Positions 51,550-61,855 of a DNA stretch of 64,000 nucleotides are shown one piece after another (position 1 is the first letter of the stretch; every line of letters begins with the position of its first letter). The position numbers and the translations under genes were made by a program. The stretch lies in the NCBI GenBank assembly GCA_035221665.1, contig CM069145.1, positions 7,006,001 to 7,070,000 of the forward strand. Direction: 5' to 3'. The DNA is from Okamejei kenojei (Eukaryota). The notes beneath the pieces are model-generated. The model saw nothing but the letters and a program-made list of their open reading frames with translations. It did not search any database and was not told the origin of the DNA.

Positions 51550-52922
51550 AGAAGTGCTGAAGGAAGTCAGCTGGTTGGGTAACAAACATCTCTGGAGAAT
51601 TTGGTCAGACAATGGTTTGGGTCAGGACTCTTTTTCAGACTAATTGAGTAGGGCTGAGAAAGCTGCAAAAGATGCGAGGTAGGACAAAGTCCGGCAAGTG
51701 ATAAGTGGATACAAATGCGTGGGGTGCAGGGGAAGGTTCGATGGAAATATGGGTGGAGTAAGTGATAAAAGCTAGACGGTGTCAGATAAGGAGTGAAACT
51801 TAAACCCTCGATGGTGGGATATTGGAGGAATGAAATGGGAGACTCGTGGATGGAAGGAGTGTGCAAAAGTGGGGAAAGGTGCAAGGTGACTGGGATTGTG
51901 GGAGACGGTGGGAGGGATGTGTGCACATTGGGTGAGGGCTGGGCAGGGAAAAAGAGAGGGTGGTGGTATTTGTTGAAAATGGAGAGTTCAATGTTCTTAC
52001 TGTTGGGTTGTAAAGTACCCAAGGTGATGGTTCCTCCAATTTGTGAATGGCCTCATTCTGGCAATGGAGAAGGCCAATGACAGAAAGCTCTGTATTAGAA
52101 TGAGAAGGGCATTAAAATTGTTGAAAACCAGGAGGTCAGCAGGCCTTGGCAGTCAGAGCACAAGTGCTCGGTGAATCTGTCACCTAGTTTTTGATTGGTC
52201 TCACCAATATAAAGGAGGTCGTATTGGGAGCACAGAATGTGGTTGACAAGTAGACACCTGCCCCTACGCTTCCTCTTCATTTAGGAACCAAGAGGAGATC
52301 GTCAAAGTGAAGCCACCCTCATACCAGAGAACCAGCATGTCATGTTTTACTTACGTAGTTTTCAACCCAACGATAGGAACATTTATTTTTGCAATTTCAA
52401 GCAATATTTCCTCTGCCAGTCTCATTGCCCTGCCCCCCACCACTGTGTACATACATTTCTGCCACCATCTCCCACCCCTGCTCACCCTGTTCCTTTCCCC
52501 TCCTTTATACACACAATGCCCATCCTTGAGACCCCCATCTCATTTTATCCACCCCCCCCCCCCACCCCGTCTCACCCCCATCCCCTTCGTAGCATATTCC
52601 TTCCACCGGGTTTATATTTCACTTCTCTTCCCTTCTCCTTATCTCACTCCTTTTGTCCTTTTCATCTGTAGCTTTTGTTACATTCTCCAATCATCTGCTC
52701 ATCCAACCCTATCCCCTCATCTGTGTCCAGCTATCACTTGCCAGGCTTTGTCTCACCCAGACTCCTCTTTTCCAGCTATTATTCCTCTACTCAAATAAGT
52801 CTGAAGGGTCCCGACCCAAAAACATCACCTGTCCAATCCTTTCATAGATAATGCCTGACTCAGAGTTCCTCCAGCACTTTGTGTTTTACTCAAGATTCCA
52901 GCATCTGTAGTTTCTTGTGTCT
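51550..52922. mobile_element. Old Penelope-like element with inverted arms (minus about 51550-52260, plus about 52270-52922)
   Basis: ORF 52095..52280 (..LLYIGETNQKLGDRFTEHL) is a GIY-YIG remnant. Terminal repeats occur at both outer ends. Confidence 0.8.
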
Positions 52923-53292
52923 CTAGTTTTTCTAAAGTTTGAAAATACAAACCGCAAAGTCGGTGGGTCGGGAACTGGGGAGAAAAATATGGATACAAAT
53001 TCATTTTATTATTAGCTTTTGTATATAACTGCTGAAACTACTTATATTTCAGCAGCATAATTCCCATCTAAAAAAATTACCATGGTCACCGGGAGGTTTG
53101 GTTCATGAGCGGATGCAGTAGTACAGCAGCTTTGATGGGTAAAGGTTATTATCGAGGAACATTACAGGTATTTGTAAAGATCTTAATATTAAGTTATGAG
53201 AACGCAAGGAATTTGATTCTGTAAACTGCTTGCACTCCTACAAGAGCCCTGGGTTAAAATTTTAAATAATCTTGCCATATCATGTGACTCTA

Positions 53293-53665
53293 AATAGACA
53301 ATAGACAATAGATGCAGGAGTAGGCCATTTGAGTCAGCGTCGCCATTCAATGTGATCATGGCTGATCATTTCCAATCAGTACCCCGTTCCTCCCTTCTCC
53401 CCATATCCCCTGACCACTATTTTTAAGAACCCTATCTTGCTCTCTCTTGAAAGCATCCAGAGAACCTGCCTCCACCGCCCTCTGAGGCAGAAATTTCCAC
53501 AGACTCACCACTGTCTGTGAGAAAAATGTGTTTCCTCGTCTCCATTCTAAATGGCTTACTCCTTATTCTTAAACTGTGGCCCCTGGTTCTGGACTCCCCC
53601 AACATCGGGAACATGTCGGGAACATGTTTCCTGCCTCTAGCATGTCCAGGCCCTTAACAATCTTA
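53293..53665 (-). mobile_element. CR1 3' fragment, same subfamily as 34178-34928
   Basis: MFPMLGESRTRGHSLRIRSK is identical to the 34-kb copy. (AATAGAC)n tail. Confidence 0.92.
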
Positions 53666-53954
53666 AGTAAGTAATGGCCATCAAAACATCATCATAATGT
53701 ACAATTTTTCTATCAAAATTCAAAAAATGTTAGGCATGGCACTAAAAAAAAAAGATATAACAGGCAAGAAAAGACCAGCTGGCGGCTGACGGATTATGAA
53801 TAAATACTTCCTACTGACATATGAAATATCATCTCTTCAGCATTCACATCCACCTTCTGTAATTTATTTGGACACCACTGGTTAATAACTCTTCTTTTTA
53901 TGTCTTGAGTTTCTTCATAACAAAATGCTAGATGCATCCATAACTTAATATCTT

Positions 53955-55452
53955 ATACCCTCATTATAACAGACCATAAGGGGGGTGGGGAATGGTGTCC
54001 GTGATTGCCGATTGTCTGCTACAACCGAGTAAAGTATTATCATTATGCAAGTAGTAAAAACATAGAACTGCATGATGGTTAATACACAAAATGTCACAAA
54101 GTACTGGAGGCACTCAGCACGTCAGGCAGTATTTCTGGAGAACATGGGTAGGTGATGCCGTGACCGTTTTTCAGACTGATTCAGTCTGATGAGTTACTCC
54201 AGCACGTTGTGTCGTTTCACATTAAAACTAAGTGCTGGTGCCGTTGATCTACACCCGTGAGCTGTTGCATGGTCCGGTTGAGGCGGCTGTTGTTACGGCT
54301 CACATCGTAGTCCCTGGTTGGCATAGCTTCCTTCAGGCCACTGCCAATGCGAGGACACGCATGGTCACGGCGGGGCTCCCTCCCCACTCACCAGCTGCCC
54401 CTTCATGTTCGCCGTCGTTTTGTCCACTCACCGCTTCCAAGATCTTCCGAGACTCTGGGGGAAGAAGAGGCCCAGTGGACAGAGCGACGGGAAAAGGAGA
54501 AGGCGGCGGCGGTGGAGGGGAGGAGGTGGATGGAAAGAGGCAGAAATAGAAGTTGTGATGTCATCTTGCAGTTGCATTAGACGTTGGTGAGACCGCATTT
54601 TGGAATATTGTGTTCAGTTCTGAGCAGCATGTTAGAGGAAAGATATTGTCAAGCCTGAAAGGGTTCAGAAAAGATTTACGAGGATGTTGTCTGGACTAGA
54701 GGGTGTGAGCTATATGGAGAGGTTGAGTAGGCTGGGTCTCTATTCCATGGAGCGCTGGAGGATGAGGGGAGATCTTATAGAGGTGTACAAAATCATGAGA
54801 AGACTAGATCGGGTAGATGCACAGTCTTTTGCCCAGAGTAGGGGAATCAAGGACCAGAGGACATAGGATCAAGGGGGAAAGATTTAATAGGAATCCGAGG
54901 GGTAACTTTTTCACACAGAGGATGGTGGGTGTATGGAACAAGCTGCCAGTGGAGGTGGTTGAGGCTGGGACTATCCCATTGTTTAAGAAACAATTAGACA
55001 GGTACATGGATAGGACAGGTTTGGAGGGATATGGACCAAGCGTCGGCAAGCGGGACTAGTGTAGCTGGGACATTGTTGGCCGGTGTGGGAGAGTAGGGCC
55101 GAGGGGCCTGTTTCCACACTGTATCACTCTATGACTCTAGGCGGAGTAGACAAAGTGACGGGCTGGCAGCAGAGGAGCGGTAGCTGGTGAGAGGAGAGGA
55201 GCCCCACAACGACCGAGCACGTCCAGTCGTTGGCAGCAGCCTGAAGAAAGCGCTGTCCCAGGGGCTACAATGCGCGTCGCAACAACAGCCGTGCCAACTG
55301 CGAGTTAGGAAGTGCTTGCTGGTGCACTTTGCGAGCCAGGGGTGGTGTCAGGAGACGGGCTGTATACGCGGTGCGAGCTGGGTGGCATCGGCAGGTCCGT
55401 CTGCTATAACCAAAATCAGTTATAAAGGGGTCCATTAAAACAAGGGTTTACT
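53955..55452 (-). mobile_element. Non-autonomous Tigger/pogo-like DNA transposon, copy 2, interrupted by a CR1
   Basis: The right end ..GGGGTCCATTAAAACAAGGGTTTACTG|TA is the reverse complement of the copy-1 start. The left end CCCTCATTATAACAGACC.. matches the copy-1 end. Confidence 0.7.
54555..55138 (+). mobile_element. CR1 3' fragment nested in the Tigger-like element
   Basis: ORFs 54684..54866 and 54817..55059 (MRGDLIEVYKIM; FFTQRMVGVWNKLP) and a CACTCTATGACTCT tail. Confidence 0.92.
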
Positions 55453-56958
55453 GTATATTCAATTTAATTGTCGTTAAATGTTATAAAGCCTATTCACAGG
55501 CCGTTATTGCTTTCAAATTTTCTTATGTCTAAAGATATGCATGCACCAGCACTTCGATGACTTTACATTAAAGAAACTAATTACCTTCTACTATTCTTGG
55601 ATTTGCTTGTTCTGGAGTTCTTTTTAAAAAGGCAAGAGCCTCTGAAATTAATTGTCTCACTGTCAATACTTAATCCTTACACGCTGCCATCTATTAACAA
55701 TACCTTTAATCAATGGCATGTAAAACACACATCAGATTACACAGTCTAATTAAAATGTACAACTATGTGTTCGGAAGAACTGACTGGCATTACTTGAAAT
55801 GGTTTCTCAGAACTCTCCAGGATCATTGATCACCTTGCATTTAAGGCAGGATATTAAAGTTCAGATTTTCCCAGGCAATAAAGAAATCTTCTTGCAGATG
55901 AAAGAACTGAATAAACTATTTTTTAAATTTTTGACTGCTCTGCATATAGATTAACTTCTAAAATATAACCAAATATTTTCTTAATACCACATATCATTAA
56001 TAGAAATGAAATTTAATGAAACTCTTTGATCGAGTGTTGATTTTAATATGACAACATTATCTCAATGCATATGGTCAAACTCAGGATTTTAAAACAGAGT
56101 TTGTTCCTACATCCCAACTAATCCTAATCATCCACAATCTTTTAAATTAAGGGAGAAAGGGAGCTGCTATTGAGACAGCCAGCTTCCATTAGTGATCTAA
56201 TGATTGGCAGTGGGATCATGACCTCTCAATCTCGGGTCACTTACTTTTCTAAAAAGGGCAATCCCACTGATCCATCTTTTAGCCACAGCTTCTCATCCAA
56301 TCCCAAGCCTCTTGCCTTTTAGCTTTGATTTGGTCAGGCTTTCCTTGGTATCACTCTCTACCTGTCATCAGCTCTTCTGTAAAGCGGTGCAAATATCAAG
56401 ATTCTAACCCTGGGGCACACTCAGGGTGGGCAGGTAAAACCTGGCCACTGGAGTTACTTCCTTATCTTTCAGAACCTCCAAGGCATGGCAGAGTATCAAA
56501 TTCAAACTGGAGAACAGTACATGAAACAGCCAGATGCCCCAATGGAGAGGTTCCTTATAAAAGGCACTGTTTCCTCAGACTGCTTGAAAAGAAATGTCAT
56601 CTATCACATTAAAAAATAAATGGATCATAGGATTGTATGACAGGGAAATTGGCACATGTTATTCATACTGCAGGAGAGTGCTGATAAACACAAGTGCTTG
56701 TGTTTTTCTGCATTCCAGATATATCGTCACTCAAGGCAGAGAAACTGAAAGAGGTTTAAGGCCGGTTGATTAATGGGAAAAAATATGATCCCTTATGAGA
56801 ACATTGTACTAAAGCTACTTTACATCAAACAAAAGAAAAAGTTTAAAGCATGTTATTAACACAATGATGCAGCTAGATTAAGATTTGCACCCAAGATATC
56901 TATGTATTTATATATCTATTTTCTTTGCTCAGAATGTTTGCATGCAAAACAGACACCT

Positions 56959-57440
56959 GGATTTATACTGCACCTTTTGGGACCATGAAAAGTCAAAAAG
57001 CACTTTACAGCCAATGAAGTATCTTTAGAACTGCAATAATTATTGTGAAGTGAAAAAGATGACTACACGGCAAATTTCTACAATTGACACAAGGATGCTT
57101 GAATCTTGAGTGAAATACAAAGTGCCAGAGAAACTCAATGGGTTAGGCAGCATCTGGGGACAAAAATGGACAAGTGACGTTTCTGTTCGGGACCTTTCCT
57201 CAGAAATTCGAACAATCAATATAATAAGTAGGTGATCAATTCAGTGATGTTGATTCAGAGATAAACATTGGTCAGGATACCAAAGATAATTACTTTGCTG
57301 TTCTTTGTAACAATCAATAACATAGAATCTTTCATACTAACATGAGCGAGCAGATATCAAGGTCTAACAGCACAACATAAAGAAAATAGCTCCACTGACA
57401 AAGCAGCACTCCGGCAGGGATGGGCATGCAGAATAAAATC
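56959..57440 (-). mobile_element. Ancient DeuSINE-like remnant interrupted by a Penelope terminal fragment (about 57085-57205)
   Basis: Tail AAAGCACTTTACAGCCAATGAAGTA and Deu-domain-like GATGTTGATTCAGAGATAAACATTGGTCAGGATACC. Confidence 0.55.
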
Positions 57441-59868
57441 ACCAAGTTGAGAAGCAAAGACCACAAATAAATTGGGAAAGACAACACTAAATAATATTTT
57501 AAAAAGAGCCTTCTGTTTATGATGCCTAAACTGTGTTGTAAGTTACCCTAATACAGTTTCTTTATATAAAAAAACATAAAAATACAACAAATGCTGGAAA
57601 TTTGAAATAAAACTAAATACTAGGTTAGATGTATGGAGATAGGAGCACATTAACATTTTAGGTTGACAACATTACATTAAAGGTAGCAGATCAGAAATTC
57701 AGGTCTCTTTCATCATTTCTGATGCATGGCCATTGAAAACATAATTCTGTTCTCTCCCCACAGAATCTGTCTAAACTGCTGAGTGTTTTTGAAATATTGT
57801 TTTATCACCATTTTCAAAGTCTCTTAAAGATTGACAGCGAGTCCCTTTGCTTAACATTGCACCAGTTTCATGCAAGAATTTGCAGCTGCAATCCTGGGGG
57901 CTAGTCTTTAGAAGGAACACTGGCTCAATACAAGCATCATTCTTCCAGCTTCCGGAGAGTCCTACTGTTCCAAGAATTGACGCAGCAATTATGGGAAGGG
58001 GGCAGGGGTGCAGGAGGGAGAAACAATAAACTTGTGGAATACAGCACAAGTTTGATCTTCACGTCTTCTACCTGCAGGTGGGTAATTATGGCAGGTTGCT
58101 TGCTATAAGGCAGAGGGTATTACAATGCAAGACAAGTCTAGGAATGTTTATGCTTTGGGAACATCTGCAATGGTAGTTTAGATTAGGGCTGAAAGAAATT
58201 ATAAAATCTTCTCTCCTCAATTCTGGAGCGTGAACAATAAACTGCATGATGTGGCATAGATTGGCTGAATGTCATTGCAAGGAAGCTGATTTTCCATGGT
58301 CTAGATCAAATCCAAATCCCAGTGGGAACTAGCTTCCATGTCTCTTCCACCTGGGTCTGAGAGTTCACATACAGGTCTATTTCCATGCTATTCCCACTGG
58401 AACTATTCCCACTGGAAGTCCGTCTGGAGTTCAGAAAAATCATTTAGACTACAATAAAGGTCTAGAATAAAGAGTGAACAGTGTGCATCATGGCTTGTGT
58501 TCTGCTGCAGCACGAGGAGTTTATAGCAATTTCATGAGACTATACGTTAGAAAAAGCTGGCTGTTCCGCAAGTAATAAGAACCATCAGTTTTTGGAATGG
58601 TAAGGTTATAAATCACAGTGAAGATGAATCCTAGGTGTGGCATTATTATTGACATTGCACTATTTTGGAAAACAACCACTTCTTAAACTTCCATTTACTA
58701 TTTACTTTTATTATTAACTACGTCCTCCCATGTGAAAGTAGAAATGGTTAGACTGCAGAGCTAATTTTGGTGGGTAAAAGTGGTCCTGCCTAAAATGGAT
58801 TAGGTCTTAACATTAGAAGGAAACCTGATTGTTCAATAGGATTTGACAACAAGATGTTTTTCTCATGAAAGGAAAGGAAGGGAATTTCATTAGGAGCCCT
58901 ATACTGGATGTCATTCCTCCTCTTCTCATGTGAAACCATTCCCTTGTTATAGGCTTCCCATTGTTCTCATCTTTGTTTTGCCTCTAGTTTCAGTTTCTAA
59001 TCAATTTACAATAGATCCTCTTCACTCAAGAGCTTTTCGTCAGACCTGGCATAGATAATGTAGCAAAGGGATCAATAGCAGAATCTGCCTGGTGACAATC
59101 AGGGAACAATGCAGGAGGTACTACACCTCTGGGTTTACCATCAAGTTGCTAGAGGGGATAGAGGAGAATCTGAGCAGGAAGATTTCAGAAAGATGAAGGA
59201 ACTTCAGTAGTCAGAAGGAATTTTGTTTTTCATGTTGCTAACATAGACCGAAAAAAGTGAAACTTTCCCAAAATTTCTGCAAGAAACCCTGATCCAAGTT
59301 CATCAAGGAAGCAAAATTATAACTGTACTGGAAATGGTGAAATCATGTATGGTTCAGCAGGGTGCATTTGGAGAACATAATCGTGACCAAATACTCAAGT
59401 GCAAAATATTTTCCAGAAAAGGGTTTAGTTAAAGAGATCCAACCAAAATGGATTGAAATTTCAAATGGATCTGCAATGGAGGATCTACAAATAGACAAAA
59501 GAACCATGCTTAAAAAATAAAATGAACCAAAAGAAAAAGGAGAAAAGACAATGACAAAATATTAAAAAGCTAACCTGAAGGGAATGCAAAGGTCTTTCAT
59601 AAATATACAAATAACAAGAGAGTTGTAAAATAGTAAGTTGCTTAGCGACCACAAAGAGGTGCAAAGTATACTAAATAAAGATGTTGCCAAAACAGGTGGT
59701 AGTGATTTTGATGAGGCAAAAATAAAGAGGTGGTATGTCGAAGGTTGGCAAGGTTACATTTAGAAATGGTCCGAACAAGATGTTTTATACATTACTACAA
59801 ACTGTAAGATTCTCTACATAGCTTTCCAATAAAAGAACAAAGAGATTGAAAATAATACAGAATATTCT

Positions 59869-60186
59869 GGGCAACATGGTGATGCAGCAGTAGAGTTGCT
59901 GCCTTACAACGCTTGCAGCACCCGAGTCCCGGATTAATCCAGACGAAGGGGTGCTGTCTATACGGAGTTTGTACGTTCTCCAGTGACTACGTGGGTTTAC
60001 TCCGAGATCTTTGGTTTCCTCCCACACTCCAAAGACGTACAGGTTAGTAGGTTAATTGGCTTGGTATAAATGTAATTTGTCCCTAGCGTGTGTAGGATGG
60101 ACTTAATGTACGGGGATCGCAGGTCGGTGCGGACTCGGTGGGCCGAAGGGCCTGTTTCCACGCTCTATATCAAACCAAAACTAAAA
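59869..60186 (+). mobile_element. Near full-length HE1-like SINE
   Basis: tRNA-like head GGGCAACATGGTGATGCAGCAGTAGAG, central GGAGTTTGTACGTTCTC..GGTTTCCTCCCACACTCCAAAGACGTACAGG, and CR1-like tail GGGCCGAAGGGCCTGTTTCC. Confidence 0.9.
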
Positions 60187-60289
60187 CATCGAAAGGAAAA
60201 GGGATACACCCTGTTATCACAGGCTTATCAGTCCATTAGTGGAGGTAACCATAATATGGCAAAATACTATTTGCTGGAGGAATCTTGAG

Positions 60290-60485
60290 CAAAGTACAAA
60301 GTACTGGAGGTACCCAGCAGGTCAGCCAGCATCTGTGGAGTGAAAGGACAGACAATGTTTCAGGTCTGAGGCCCTATCTATATAAATGTGTTCTGTCCAT
60401 TCTCTTCACAGATGATGCCTGACCTGCTGAGTTCCACCTGCATTGTGTTTTGCTCAAACTTCCCACATCTGCAGTTTCCCGTGTA
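60290..60485. mobile_element. Older fold-back Penelope terminal-repeat element
   Basis: Inverted arms CAGCAGGTCAGCCAGCATCTGTGGAG...TTCACAGATGATGCCTGACCTGCTG. Confidence 0.7.
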
Positions 60486-61781
60486 ACTATAAAGTGGCAG
60501 GCGAAATATTACGATCAAATACAAGTCAGCGTATTTGACAAAAGCAATGTGTTTACTTAATTTGAGCGCGTTTTACTGGAGCAACTGCGAAAGTAAGTTA
60601 GAATACACAGACTTTGAAAAGATATTTTATCAAGTATCACAAGGCCATCTGAGCAGATATAGTTCCATGATCCTGCCATTTTACAGTCTCATTTAAATTC
60701 AAGTAATGGCAGAGATAATTCCTACCAACCTATTTCAGAATTATATCCTGCTATTTGACAGTAATTATATAGCCAGATTAACGACTACACCCCCCTCTGC
60801 ATCCCATACCTCTCCCCCAAACCCCAAAACCAATGTGGACTCATCCCCACACGACCGAGCAATTACAAATTAGAGCCTGAACCAGTAAGATGAACTAACC
60901 CTTTATCTTTCTGGGTTCCCAAACTCCCCAACCGCAATCACTCTGCAAGATGAATGAAGTCAATTGCCTCCTCTCGATTTATAACTACCTCTTTAATCCT
61001 TCTCATGTCCTTAATCTACTTCCCCGTTTTATTGAATCAAATTAATAAGCCAGTCCACAAACTTAATGAAACCGATCTCAACTCCTGCTTCATAATGTCA
61101 TGGGATGTGTATCTTTGGATTCAAGCATCAATTATCTAAATATCACAACTAATTTGGTATTGAAAAGCATAGTGCTGCTTGAAAACCAATCAGTTTTGAG
61201 CCGTTTCCACATTTATTTAAATATATTATGTTGATCTTTATCTCAATTCCACTCACCTAATTTTGACCAATTCACTCATGATATACTCATCTGACAAAAG
61301 TTCTACAATATTTTTCTTGTAAAGTTACTTACCAACAATGTTTATGGGAGAGAACTTCACATTTCTAATACCCCATTGCATATGTACGAACATTACATAA
61401 GACATACAAAATCTTGTAGCCATACATCATTTCAGAACTAGTTAAATTAAGTCTTATTTGACAGAGAATATACTTACTAGCTCAGGATTTTTTTTACAAA
61501 AGGATTGCTTTTCTAAAAGAACAAACTGCTTTAAGCGCTATTAAAGTTAAGCACTTGTTACATGAAGTTAAATTTTAGAGTTTATTTGAATCAAAATATT
61601 TTGTTCAGCACATCACAATCAATGGAGGCACTTTAGTCATGGTTCGCAGTATTTTGATTCAGAAAAATAGGTTAGAACTTTTAAAAATAGAGTAAATAAG
61701 CAAACAATCAACATCATTGACTGGTGTTGTACCTCTGGCTTCTGCATCACTCATCAATAAAAAATAATCCCAAGGACTTAC

Positions 61782-61855
61782 TTGTCTGAGGTCGATGAAT
61801 GCTAACTGCAGGGTGTCCCCTTGGAAACCTGGCACCGGTTCAGAGCTAGCAAACA
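61782..61855 (-). CDS. EXOC6: EXOC6 third-from-last coding exon
   Basis: TTTTCAG|TG TTT...CAA|GTAAGT. 74 nt encoding xFASSEPVPGFQGDTLQLAFIDLRQ, inside track ORF 61659..61865. The phase-0 end joins LLDLF. Confidence 0.95.

Noticed and set aside
59869-59945. tRNA genes at the SINE heads (also 42217 and 45573)
   Set aside because: A/B-box remnants continue into SINE bodies and no cloverleaf can be formed.
490-60485. CRISPR-like array or rho-independent terminators suggested by the recurring palindromic repeat
   Set aside because: The context is vertebrate. Copies are dispersed, irregularly spaced, in both orientations and attached to Penelope sequence.
60878-60896. TGAACC-N7-TGAACT and other half-site pairs (6125-6142, 56219-56239) as RAREs
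   Set aside because: The spacing or orientation is not DR1, DR2 or DR5, and such pairs are expected by chance.
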